Counted from the stretch's first letter, positions 50,675 to 60,563 are shown. The stretch: DNA of 64,000 nucleotides from an uncultured delta proteobacterium (GCA_963793865.1 CAWCBP010000014.1:160001-224000); one strand, 5' to 3'. Notes: a model not told the origin generated them from the letters alone. Made by a program: numbers and translations.

Positions 50675-52423
50675 TCAATATTCCATCAGGAGCTCGGTTA
50701 CGGGTATTGATAACTCCAATAGCTTTCTCGCGGGATATTTGATCCAGGTGTTGCGGTCAAAAAATGCGACTACCCTTTGACCGTTGTTGTAATACAGGTT
50801 AATGAGTTTTTCCCCGGCAGCGCTTTTTGCCAGTACCGTATCGCGAAATTGGTGTAATGTGACGATACCTTTATTATCTGCACCCAAAAGTAAAGATGCC
50901 GGACAGGCATTATCTTTGAACTGATCAAGAAAATCCAGGGTGCTATTAACAATTATCCGCTGCTGTTTTTCCCTGGAAATATCAGCCGGGTTGTCACCAT
51001 CCTGAACATAATTCTCATTGACGCCATCCCAGTAGTAACCACACTGGGTATGGTTTCCTCCCTCGATCTCCACAAACGGCGTGCCTTCAGGAAGATACTC
51101 TGCTCCGGCCCTGATCTCATCCGGGTGACCATCATTGGTGCCGTAAATGGAGATTGCTTTAAGGTCCGTGCCGTCCAGGCGGCAATTCCCCGGCGGCCAG
51201 GCAGCCCAGAGCACCACTCCGTCAATGCTCTCCAGATGGCCATAGGCATAACAGGCGGCGAAAGAGCCGCCGATAGAATGCCCGCCGATTATCCATGTTT
51301 TGATGTCGCTGTAATCACTGATGACCTGTCTGCCCTGATCGGCGCTGAGCACGGCAAGGTCACCCACCATCTTTACAATCACCACCAAGTAACCTTGTGC
51401 CGCAATGGCGCGGGCGGGGGGCGCGTATGCCCGCGGGTCAACCAGCCCTCCCGGATAAAAGATAAACCCTATAGTCGGGTTGGCATGTTTTGGCTTAAAG
51501 GCAAAATAAAAGTTTGACCCTTCTTCCCACTCCGCCACTTCCACCGTCGACACATCCACACGCAAATCCGATTCCATGGCCTCCAACGCTTCAGGCATTG
51601 GCGGGTGAGTTTCTCCCAGTTGCGTATTAAACTGCGTCAGAAAATCCGAGGTAACCTTTACAATTATTTCCTGCTGCTCTTCAATGGTGATGGTCGCGGC
51701 ATTGTCCAGTTCCAGATAAGCATTGGGGGAGGGGTCAATCCATCCGAACTGGGTGTGATTTCCGCCTTCAATTTCCACAAAGACCGTGTCCGCGGGCAGA
51801 ACAACAGCGTTTTCCATTACCTGTTCAGGTGTTGCCCTGCCGTCCAGAGAGCCGTAAACCGAAAGGACCTTGAGCGCCGTCTCATTCAACTTGCTCGATG
51901 GATCTGCAAACGATGCCCATATGACTACACCGCTGATGGTATCAGATTGTACGGCATAATTGCCGGCTGCCGTGCCTCCGACTGAATGTCCGCCTATGAC
52001 CCATGTTTCAATGTTTCCATAGTCCTCGATGATTTTATCCGCTCTGGTATACCCGAACATTGCAATGCAGGAAGGCATGGGGATAATGCAGGTAAAAAAT
52101 CCCTTTGCGGCAATGGCATGGGCAGCGGGAGCGTAGGACCGGGGATCGCAGTTGCCGCCCGGAAGTATTATGAAGCCGACCGTCGGCGGTGTTTTCTTAG
52201 GCATGAAGGCATAATAGATGTTGTCATCTTCCGGGGCCGGAGTCGCGCCGTCCCAGCTTTCCACCTCTACGACTGAGACCGCTACCGTAGCGCTTGAAGT
52301 CAGGGCATCCAGGGCCTCCGGCAGGGGCGGGCGCAGACATTCAATGGCGTTTGCAACATGAAAGCCGAGCAGCACCATTAAAATAGATATTGATGCAATA
52401 ATCAGTTTATGGGTTTTTTTCAT
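50675..52423 (-). CDS. Secreted tandem alpha/beta hydrolase with CFI-box-CTERM-like tail
   Basis: Start MKKTHK (RBS AGGAG); GGHSVGG and GGHSIGG; EIEGGNHTQ twice; tail CPASLLLG..LHQFRD..G..LINLYY. Confidence 0.88.
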   Translation of the reverse strand: MKKTHKLIIASISILMVLLGFHVANAIECLRPPLPEALDALTSSATVAVSVVEVESWDGATPAPEDDNIYYAFMPKKTPPTVGFIILPGGNCDPRSYAPAAHAIAAKGFFTCIIPMPSCIAMFGYTRADKIIEDYGNIETWVIGGHSVGGTAAGNYAVQSDTISGVVIWASFADPSSKLNETALKVLSVYGSLDGRATPEQVMENAVVLPADTVFVEIEGGNHTQFGWIDPSPNAYLELDNAATITIEEQQEIIVKVTSDFLTQFNTQLGETHPPMPEALEAMESDLRVDVSTVEVAEWEEGSNFYFAFKPKHANPTIGFIFYPGGLVDPRAYAPPARAIAAQGYLVVIVKMVGDLAVLSADQGRQVISDYSDIKTWIIGGHSIGGSFAACYAYGHLESIDGVVLWAAWPPGNCRLDGTDLKAISIYGTNDGHPDEIRAGAEYLPEGTPFVEIEGGNHTQCGYYWDGVNENYVQDGDNPADISREKQQRIIVNSTLDFLDQFKDNACPASLLLGADNKGIVTLHQFRDTVLAKSAAGEKLINLYYNNGQRVVAFFDRNTWIKYPARKLLELSIPVTELLMEY

Positions 52424-52464
52424 GCAATGTTCTCCTGGGTTTATTTCAGTCGTGCCGCAGCCGT

Positions 52465-53619
52465 TTATTGACCCAATTCCTCCGGGTAGAATAACACAAA
52501 ACCGCCGCATCGTGTCTCCGGATCTTCGTTGTAAATATTCAGGATAAACTCATTGGTCTCCTTGCAATGGACAACGCAGATGCCGGTCAGGCCCTGGTAG
52601 CCCGGTATGTAATCGGCAATTTCGTCGCTCCGTGCGCTGCACGGCGAGTCGCTGTAGGTTTCGTTCATGTAGGCAGCGTTTGTTTCGCATTTGTCCTTCG
52701 CGTTCTCCGGGGTGAAGCCTGATCCGGTAAAATCAGCGCAGAAATAATTCTGTCCGTATAATTCTGAATAGAACAGGCAGCTGCCGTTTCCCGAGTCCAG
52801 TGAAGAGGGCCGGTCACAAACAGGTTTGCTGGGAGTTATTAAAACCGGATTTTCTTCAAAACTCTTTTCGAGCATCCAGCTCAGTATTGCCTGGTGGCTT
52901 AACAATTTGCAATATCTGACTCCCCGCAGATTTTCATCGGAAATATCCGGGTCATCGAGCGTTACATACAGGCTCCATGGTTCATAATAGAAGTGGTTTC
53001 CTTCCCGGGTTACTTTGGTGGCCGGATCAACATCAAGCCACGACGTTCCCATATGCACCGGGTTGGTCGTATCATCAAGCGGCGGCAGGTCATCGTCGGG
53101 GATGAAGGATAATTGTTTCCCCTGGGAAGGTAGCTGTCCCGCTCATCCTGTGATAAAACGTCATTGAGCACGGTGTCATAGACTGTCCTGCTGCACATCC
53201 GCGCAGATACCCTGCGGCTCATTGTTGCTGAATCCAAAGGCATCATCGACGCTGTCCTTGGATTTGAATTTAGCCAGTATCACACCATTGATGCTTGACG
53301 GTGCGTCCGGGTAAGTGCTCATGTCTTCCGGGACTATGGTATAAAAGGGCTGTATCCAGTTTTCCGCAGCATTCAGCGCCGCGTAGGATCCGCTGAATTC
53401 CAGCAGCGGCAGGTTGGTGGCCCTGATATCGATATCCTCTGACTCAGTGCGGGTCATGGTCTTCTGGGCATTCCAGACCAGGCAATCATCATATGCCCCG
53501 GCCAGCTCATACCCTGTTTTGCCGGTGTCGACATCACAGGTATAGGTCGGCGGTCTCTTGCACTGGCTATTCAGTGCCATGAGAAGGAGAATCTGCATTC
53601 CTATCAATACATACCTCAT
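52465..53619 (-). CDS. Hypothetical Cys-rich exported protein / lipoprotein; apparent frameshifts near 53190 and 53100
   Basis: Signal-like N-terminus ending NSQC; three consecutive ORF pieces join. Confidence 0.6.
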
Positions 53620-53915
53620 ATTTCACCCCTTTGACGTTGTGATTGAACATGCTTTGTTGTTTATATATAAACCATAACTGTTTTTTTTGCTACATTGCCG
53701 ACATATTTATTTTGTGAAGATACATCAGTTAACTCGAACTAATAGTGCACCTACCGTTAAGCAGAGGGGAGGGGTTTTTCAAAACATTCGTGCCGAAATC
53801 AACTTTGAACCGCGCTGCATCAGTCCCATCCACATTGCCTTTCTTTTCTTCTCGGGGCGAGCGAGTGTGTTAATCAGCATGGATGTTGCACATAATAAAG
53901 ATGGACCATACCATA

Positions 53916-56402
53916 TCAAGGAGCTGTGACCACAAACCCTTCCCAGATTACTTCTCCGGTTTCACTCTGGGAATCCGTGACCACACACCGAATGGCATAG
54001 GTGCCCGCATCCCCGCTTCCGGTGTTCCACTGCCAGCTGGCGCTGTTTCCACCCACCGCGGTCCAGCCGGGATCAGATGCTTTCTTGATGGACCACTGAT
54101 AGGCGTAGGCGGGCTTGCCTCCGGTTACGTGTGAACTAAAGGTTACACTCCCTCCCGCCACAATAGATTCGGTTTCCCCGTTGGTAAGGTATACCAGGGG
54201 TTTCACGATGGCATTGAGCACATGGGAGGCGAGCATCTGGCCTACCCGGGGATCATCATTGGGTGGAATGTAAATCTCCCATGTTCCCGTATATTGATCC
54301 TGCACCGGGCCATTTGGATCCGGAGGGTCGCCGGCGGGATCATAACCCAAATGTCCGTATGCACTCATGTCAAAGCATAGCGATGGGTCCAGATCGCTCA
54401 TGCCCTGATTGATGGGCGTCTGCCGCACCGGCGGATACGGCATCAATGGATCACCGCATCCTCCCATCTCAAAGCAGCACTCAGGTTTTGAGGTCTGAGT
54501 TTCAACACCGTTGGTCAGGGCATTGCCGGCCGGGCTTCGGTTATCACGTATTATTTCATTGTCGCTGAACGTGCCGGAGAGCTGTTTTAGGGTAAGGGTG
54601 CCGGATGCTGTGTTCCCCTCTATCCATTTTATGACCGCTGTTGCATGGGATGACTGACCGGTTAGCGTTGCCCCCGCATGAAAAACTGCTGTACCGGTAT
54701 CGTAATTCAGTTTCCACTCCCCACAGTCGGTATCAACCCAGATACCCCAGTAATCGGCAAAGGGGTGACCCACGGTGGGATACCTGACGTAATCACCAGT
54801 ACCCCACTTGGCCCAGTTCTTATACCCGATCTCTCTGCCGGCAATCTGGTTATATATCTCAACCATGTTAAGGGCAGTATCGGTTACCACTTGGGGAAAC
54901 CCGATTGCGATATGCTGAACGCCCCGATCCTTAAGATATTCCAGGGCATCCCAGTAGCGATAGCCCCACTCTTCACCGGGCAGCACCTTATCAGTCTGGT
55001 AAAGCCAGGCGTGTCCATAGGATTCACCGCGCATATCCCGGTTTCGTTCCTCCAGCCCGTTTTCAGGATTCACCATCTGGATACCCCCATAGGCTCCGAT
55101 AATATTGTCCGGGTCCATGGTAGAATGACGGCTGAGTAGCTCTGCCTTCACATTCTTATTGATAATCTGGGTATCATTCACCTTCGGATCAAACCACTCG
55201 TTATAATCGTGGAGGGCATGATTGAAGAGGATGACGCCCGTATCGGCAACAGAAACGGTGCTTGAGAAAGCACCCTCAATGGCTTCCACATTGAGGTCAG
55301 TCACCACCGGATCCGTTACAATGGGGTTGGGACTGCCGTTGAGCAGCACGTGGCTGTCCACAGTCGGATCCTTGAGAACACGGGTCCATCCCGCAGGTTC
55401 TGTAGGATAGGAACGCTCCATCAGGTTGCTGTAATCATTTACCCAGAGCAAAGGGATGGAGATGCCGTATTTGGTTTTCCAGGCATCAAGGGTGCGCTTG
55501 GTCATCTCCACCACGTCGTAGGATTTGGAGAAGCGCGGCCCCCCCACCGTCCAGTCAACCATGATGATCCGGTAGGCGCCCTTTTTCAGCAATCGCTCCG
55601 CCGGGCCGTCTACGTTGTACCGATCCGGATTACAACCGTCCCAGGGCCCGCCTGTTGCACCTTCGCCGCAGTAGGTGCAGTCGGGATAGGCCCCTGCCGG
55701 GTCAGCCAACCCGTCGGGTCCATAGTAAATGAACCGCGGGTAGGCATAATGATCCACACGGTCAGCGGCCATGTAACCCGCCCAATCCACCTCGAAGTTG
55801 AGACCATAAGTATTTGCGTCGAGCGCAGCCTTCATATCCAGCAGCTGCTGGTCAGAAAGAGAGTGAAAGGGATCAGTTCCGCCAATCCGTTCGTACTCGA
55901 ACTCATACATCCTGATAAACCTGGCCGCAAACTCCCCAAATGAGGGATCCAGCACCAGGGGCCATAAGGGTGGGTTCCAGATGACAAGCTTGTACACCGA
56001 GTGGTTCGGATCATATGAAAACTGGTGCACCGAGGCATCCCACATGTATTGTGGTTGGTAGGTGTCCATGCCGCCATGGATTACAAAGATGACACCAACG
56101 GGCCGGGTGCACGCAGGGCATGGGTTGCTCAGTGAGGTTCTGCCGAAGTCTGATTTGAACACCGCCGCATCAGTGCCATCGGCATCGCTATCCCCGTCAA
56201 AATTTCCATAACAGGGATTATCGTAGGTACAGGGATTGTTATTATAAGTGCTTCTGCCGAAATGCTTCTTGAAAACTGCCGCGTCGGTTCCATCCTGGTC
56301 CAGGTCGCAGTCGAAATTTCCCTGGCACTGATCCTGTGCCATTACTGGAGTCACTGCGAATAGTAACAACCCCGCAAGCACTAATAATAGTTTCATCATC
56401 AT
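53916..56402 (-). CDS. Secreted ferrochelatase-like protein with N-terminal dockerin-like module and C-terminal Ig/PKD-like domain
   Basis: Signal peptide; VGVIFVIHGG, YERIGGTDPF..SDQQ and ALEYLKDRGVQHIAIGFPQVVTD resemble class II chelatase motifs. Confidence 0.6.
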   Translation of the reverse strand: MMMKLLLVLAGLLLFAVTPVMAQDQCQGNFDCDLDQDGTDAAVFKKHFGRSTYNNNPCTYDNPCYGNFDGDSDADGTDAAVFKSDFGRTSLSNPCPACTRPVGVIFVIHGGMDTYQPQYMWDASVHQFSYDPNHSVYKLVIWNPPLWPLVLDPSFGEFAARFIRMYEFEYERIGGTDPFHSLSDQQLLDMKAALDANTYGLNFEVDWAGYMAADRVDHYAYPRFIYYGPDGLADPAGAYPDCTYCGEGATGGPWDGCNPDRYNVDGPAERLLKKGAYRIIMVDWTVGGPRFSKSYDVVEMTKRTLDAWKTKYGISIPLLWVNDYSNLMERSYPTEPAGWTRVLKDPTVDSHVLLNGSPNPIVTDPVVTDLNVEAIEGAFSSTVSVADTGVILFNHALHDYNEWFDPKVNDTQIINKNVKAELLSRHSTMDPDNIIGAYGGIQMVNPENGLEERNRDMRGESYGHAWLYQTDKVLPGEEWGYRYWDALEYLKDRGVQHIAIGFPQVVTDTALNMVEIYNQIAGREIGYKNWAKWGTGDYVRYPTVGHPFADYWGIWVDTDCGEWKLNYDTGTAVFHAGATLTGQSSHATAVIKWIEGNTASGTLTLKQLSGTFSDNEIIRDNRSPAGNALTNGVETQTSKPECCFEMGGCGDPLMPYPPVRQTPINQGMSDLDPSLCFDMSAYGHLGYDPAGDPPDPNGPVQDQYTGTWEIYIPPNDDPRVGQMLASHVLNAIVKPLVYLTNGETESIVAGGSVTFSSHVTGGKPAYAYQWSIKKASDPGWTAVGGNSASWQWNTGSGDAGTYAIRCVVTDSQSETGEVIWEGFVVTAP

Positions 56403-56470
56403 GGTTCCCCCCTGTTTGTAAAAATTTGTCTCGAATTAAAAAGATGCACGCACTGCCGGCACCTCGTAAA

Positions 56471-57133
56471 TCAGGGCTTCAATTTTTTCTTGAGGTTGCT
56501 TGAAAGCTCTTCATCCTTAATTATTTTTCCTGTAAGCAATAAGATTTTTGCAATTTTCTCTTTAGAAATATTGAATTCAGACAGCGCCATGTTGATTATC
56601 AACGAATAAATATCTACAGGACTTACCGGTATTTGTTCATTAATCGCAGCCATCATGAGTGCTTTGGTAGCTCCATGAATGGCCACAATTTTGGAATGAA
56701 TCTCCTTATCAGAAAAATGAAGGTTTAAATCGTTTAATAATTTCTTCATTTTGTTGACTTTGATGTTAATCACTGCATGGTCAACGGATGCAGTTTGAGA
56801 GATGGCCTTGTAAAGATTTAACAGGTGTTTATCCTTTAAAATCTCACATGTTGCCAATGCCACATCCAATGCATATCGCAACAATGGCTCCTGGCATTCC
56901 ACGGCAATCCTGTCGGTGAGACGGCTGATGTCCACAAGGGCATCGTGCAAGCCGGAGAGAAGGATCTCCTCCTTGTTCTTAAAAAAGTGATAAAGGGTTC
57001 CCGTTGACAATCCGGACTTTTGCAAGATCTGCCGGACAGACGTTGCATCATATCCCTGCTCAAGGAAGAGCCGACGGGAAATCCTTATTATTCTTCGTTT
57101 CGTCACTAAAGCATTAGCTTCCCTGATGTTCAT
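56471..57133 (-). CDS. TetR/AcrR-family transcriptional regulator
   Basis: LFLEQGYDATSVRQI..GLSTGTLYHFFKNKEEI. Confidence 0.93.
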   Translation of the reverse strand: MNIREANALVTKRRIIRISRRLFLEQGYDATSVRQILQKSGLSTGTLYHFFKNKEEILLSGLHDALVDISRLTDRIAVECQEPLLRYALDVALATCEILKDKHLLNLYKAISQTASVDHAVINIKVNKMKKLLNDLNLHFSDKEIHSKIVAIHGATKALMMAAINEQIPVSPVDIYSLIINMALSEFNISKEKIAKILLLTGKIIKDEELSSNLKKKLKP

Positions 57134-57185
57134 GCGCCCTATACCTTTTTGCGGATTGATTGTGGGGTCCTGAGCCGCAATGAAT

Positions 57186-57267
57186 TAGAACATGTTTTTT
57201 TTCTCTTGACAAGCAAAAAATAGGCATGATACAGGTAGAACATGTTCTAATTTAGAAGGATGTTTTT
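57186..57267. promoter_or_regulatory. Probable TetR operators in the divergent promoter
   Basis: Perfect palindrome TAGAACATGTTCTA at 57236-57249; variants at 57186 and 57253; TTGACA at 57206. Confidence 0.75.
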
Positions 57268-57350
57268 ACCACGCTGCCGGGATTTTTAGCGACACGTGAT
57301 CTTGACAGCAGATGACCATCCGGACACAGGCAATTTACAGGAGGAAAAAC

Positions 57351-58059
57351 ATGAAGACAATTCTCTTATACTCAGCGGATAATCGAGGCGCTTGCCCCGC
57401 TCAATCCACAGCCCATGACGACATATCAGGGAGAGGACGTCACCCGGTTTGAAAATATTGAAACCGATATGATGATCCACACCATGCGCTGCTTTGAAGC
57501 GGACAAGCTGGATAAAATCGTCACTATTAAAGCGGATGTGATGGGCGGCAAGATCATCGTGTGGGGCACTACCATTGTTCCATCTGATGAGTACCCGCTG
57601 CCCATGTTTACGTCAGAGATTGTTCAGGCAGTGAATCATCTCAGCCTGCGGGTAGATCTTATTCCCTTGGCTGATTGCGGACGCGATATGGCGTATCTTG
57701 AAAAATATATGGCCCCCATGGAGCCTGTCTGGGAGAAATACAAAGACATTGAGGGAATGGGAACTGAGCGATACCTCTGGCACCGGGTGATGCTCTCCCC
57801 GTTTTATACCTATGGGAAGATTAAGTATGACGTTAAAAATATTGAGGAACTATCTCTGGACATTACCACTGAATACTTGAAACTGTACACCCGATTCTGG
57901 TCCGAAGCGGAAAAGGCCGACCCCTCCTACCTGGAAGCATTGAATGGAAGGAAAAGGGACATGCTTAAAATCATGCTGGAGAACGATCCCGGTGAAGGAC
58001 CGCTTAAGAAGGCTTTGGGTAAGGAAAACGCGGAAAAGCTGCTTGCACTCCTTTTTTAG
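57351..58059 (+). CDS. Ferredoxin-dependent bilin reductase / RCC-reductase-like protein; one apparent frameshift near 57366
   Basis: RBS AGGAGG then ATG 57351; motifs PSDEYPLPMF, VDLIP, W.RVMLSP, EYLKLY, ENDPGEGPL..ALG.ENAE....LLF. Confidence 0.7.
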
Positions 58060-58196
58060 AGGAACAGACACATTCATCGACATTTCCTCACGTTGCATGG
58101 AGGAACAGCCTTACGCCTGAGTTTATGGATAAGGTACAAGACAAGCGATCTTCCGAGAAATAACACCATACCTATGAAGGGAAAGGGTCGGTAACC

Positions 58197-60155
58197 ATGA
58201 AGCTTTTAGAACCCGGTTATATCGGTACACTCAAGGTTAAAAACCGTGTGGTTATGGCAGCAATGGGTGCCCATGGCCTGCATGAAGGTGACGCAGTCTG
58301 GGGGAAACGATATCGTGCCTACTATGGGGCACGGGCTGCCGGCGGGGTGGGCCTCATTACGACCGAGGCCACCTTTGCCACCCAGGAACTCGAACCGTTC
58401 TCCCGGGGACTGTTTAACGTGGCGTCAGACAAGCATCTGGATTCCATGCGACTGCTTGCCAATACCCTCCATTTCTATGGCTGTAAGCTTTCAATTCAGC
58501 TGACCGCCGGCTTCGGCCGAGTTGTTCCCCCGCCGGTGGTACCTGAAGGTGTGCTGCCTGTTTCGGCCTCGGTTAACACCCACTATTCACCGGTCATGCA
58601 TCTCGATCCGGACGCCATGACCAGGGAGATAACCACTGAGGAGGCATCAGCCCTTGCCCAGGCCTTCGGCTATGCCGCGATGCGCTGCCGCGAAGGCGGA
58701 GCAGACTGCGTCGAGCTGCATGGTCATGAGGGTTATTTACTGGACCAGTTTATGACCCCCCTCTGGAACCGGCGTGACGACCGCTATGGCGGCTCGCGTG
58801 AGAAAAGACTCAACCTGGCCCGGGAAGCGATAGCGGCCATTAAGCGTGATGCCGGTCAGGATTTTCCCGTTATCTACCGCTTTGGCATTACCCATCACCT
58901 CGAAGGCGGAAGAGACGAGGAAGAAGGTCTCTGGATTGCCCGGGAGCTGGAAAACATGGGGGTTGATGCGCTTCATGTCGATGCCGGCTGTTACGAGACA
59001 CACTGGTGGCCCCATCCTCCCCAGTATTTCCCGCCCGGCTGCATGGTGGATATCGCTGAAAAGGTTAAGAAGGTCACCTCGCTGCCGGTTATTGCCGTTG
59101 GCAGGCTCCATCATCCGGAAACAGCCGAAAGGGCACTGGCGGAAGGCAAGGCCGACTTTATTGCCATCGGCAGGGGACTGTTATCCGAGCCTGACTGGGT
59201 CAATAAAATTGCGGACGGGAAGACCGATGAGCTGATTCCCTGTTTAGGGTGTCACGAAGGGTGCAAGTGGCAGATGATTGTCGGACAGCCGACAAGTTGT
59301 GCCATAAATCCTTCCTGCGGCCATGAAATCGAGTGGGCACTTACCCCTCTTGCCGAGAAAAGGTCTCTTCTGGTGGTCGGCGGCGGTCCGGCCGGGATTG
59401 AGGCGGCACGGGTTGGCGCAGCGCGCGGGTTTGATGTTACGCTCTGGGAAGCTTCAGACCGGCTGGGCGGAAATCTCTGGCCTGCGGCACAACCGGATTT
59501 CAAGCGTGATATTTCTGATTACATACACTACCTCTCAGGACTTGTGAAGCGGTTGCCGATCAATCTCGTTCTTAATAAAAAGGCGACTGCCGAAGATGTC
59601 CGAAACTGTGGCGCAGATTATGTCGTTCTTGCGACCGGGGCACAGATGGAGAAGCCGCCTTTTGATAATGGAGCAGGGGAGAAGGTGCTCACGGTGATCC
59701 AGGTGCTGAAAGGTTTGGAACCCCGGGGCGAGAGGGTGCTTATCATGGGGGGAGGGGTGATCGGCTGTGAGACGGCCCTCTACCTGGCACGCCGGGGTAA
59801 GCAGGTTACCATCAGCACCAGGCGGGATAAAAGTGCACTGGCGGAAGATCTCTACGATCACAATAATCACGATGTGCTGCTCATGATGATAAAAGCTGCT
59901 GACATCACGGTGCTTTCAGAGGCCGTCCCCGTAAGGGTGGAGAACGATGGTGTGGTAATCAACAAAGCCGGCGCCGAAACAAAAATCCCGGTTGACAGCC
60001 TTGTGTTTTCCGGTCGGATGATACCGGAAAATGGGCTTGGCAAATCTCTTGCGAACATGCATAATGTTTTCAGCGTTGGCGACTGCGTAAACCCGGAAAG
60101 AATTATGGAAGCTGTTTGGGCGGCTTTTAAGACGGTGAGAGAAATCGAACCGTAA
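58197..60155 (+). CDS. OYE-family NADH:flavin oxidoreductase (FMN, 4Fe-4S, FAD)
   Basis: ELHGHEGYLLDQF, CLGCHEGC..C, VVGGGPAG, MGGGVIGCE. Confidence 0.92.
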   Translation: MKLLEPGYIGTLKVKNRVVMAAMGAHGLHEGDAVWGKRYRAYYGARAAGGVGLITTEATFATQELEPFSRGLFNVASDKHLDSMRLLANTLHFYGCKLSIQLTAGFGRVVPPPVVPEGVLPVSASVNTHYSPVMHLDPDAMTREITTEEASALAQAFGYAAMRCREGGADCVELHGHEGYLLDQFMTPLWNRRDDRYGGSREKRLNLAREAIAAIKRDAGQDFPVIYRFGITHHLEGGRDEEEGLWIARELENMGVDALHVDAGCYETHWWPHPPQYFPPGCMVDIAEKVKKVTSLPVIAVGRLHHPETAERALAEGKADFIAIGRGLLSEPDWVNKIADGKTDELIPCLGCHEGCKWQMIVGQPTSCAINPSCGHEIEWALTPLAEKRSLLVVGGGPAGIEAARVGAARGFDVTLWEASDRLGGNLWPAAQPDFKRDISDYIHYLSGLVKRLPINLVLNKKATAEDVRNCGADYVVLATGAQMEKPPFDNGAGEKVLTVIQVLKGLEPRGERVLIMGGGVIGCETALYLARRGKQVTISTRRDKSALAEDLYDHNNHDVLLMMIKAADITVLSEAVPVRVENDGVVINKAGAETKIPVDSLVFSGRMIPENGLGKSLANMHNVFSVGDCVNPERIMEAVWAAFKTVREIEP

Positions 60156-60233
60156 AACAGGACCTTTATGCGCTCCCCTAAGATTGCCATGCTCGCACCC
60201 CTGTGGGTGTTGATGTTCCTCTGGCTTGCTCCG

Positions 60234-60563
60234 GCCGCATACACCATGCGGATGCAAGGAGTGCGTCCCTCCCTGTGATTCTTATCTACATGTAGAGGCA
60301 ACCAGCCGGTTGCTCCTACGAAGCAGATATTATTTTTGTGTTACCCCCCTGCCCCTGCGGGTCGCCACGAAGCATGAAAATATATAATTCCCCTCTCCCC
60401 GCGGGAGACTGTGTCATAATGGGTGAAATGCTTTGTTTGTCATTCTGAACGCAGTGAAGAATCTCATAGAATCAACTAATTAGAAAATGGAGATTCTTCG
60501 GCTTCGCCTCAGAATGACATTGTGACACAGGCTCGCGGTGGGAGAGGGTTAGGGTGAGGGGGT
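60234..60563. repeat. Composite dispersed repeat, copy 2, with nested MITE
   Basis: Similar to 50406-50657; its REP is interrupted at 60405-60534. Confidence 0.75.
60405..60534. mobile_element. 130-bp MITE with 16-bp terminal inverted repeats and a GCGG target duplication
   Basis: GAGACTGTGTCATAAT / ATTGTGACACAGGCTC (14/16 match); GCGG on both flanks. Confidence 0.7.

Noticed and set aside
57236..57249. LexA (GAAC-N4-GTTC) box
   Set aside because: The spacer is 2 bp, and the position in a divergent TetR promoter favours a TetR operator.
16730..57420. General genome decay suggested by frameshifts in NrfD, lipocalin, hydrolase, OYE, lipoprotein and bilin-reductase-like genes
   Set aside because: Defects are 1-bp indels with well-conserved proteins on both sides, which fits uncorrected long-read errors.
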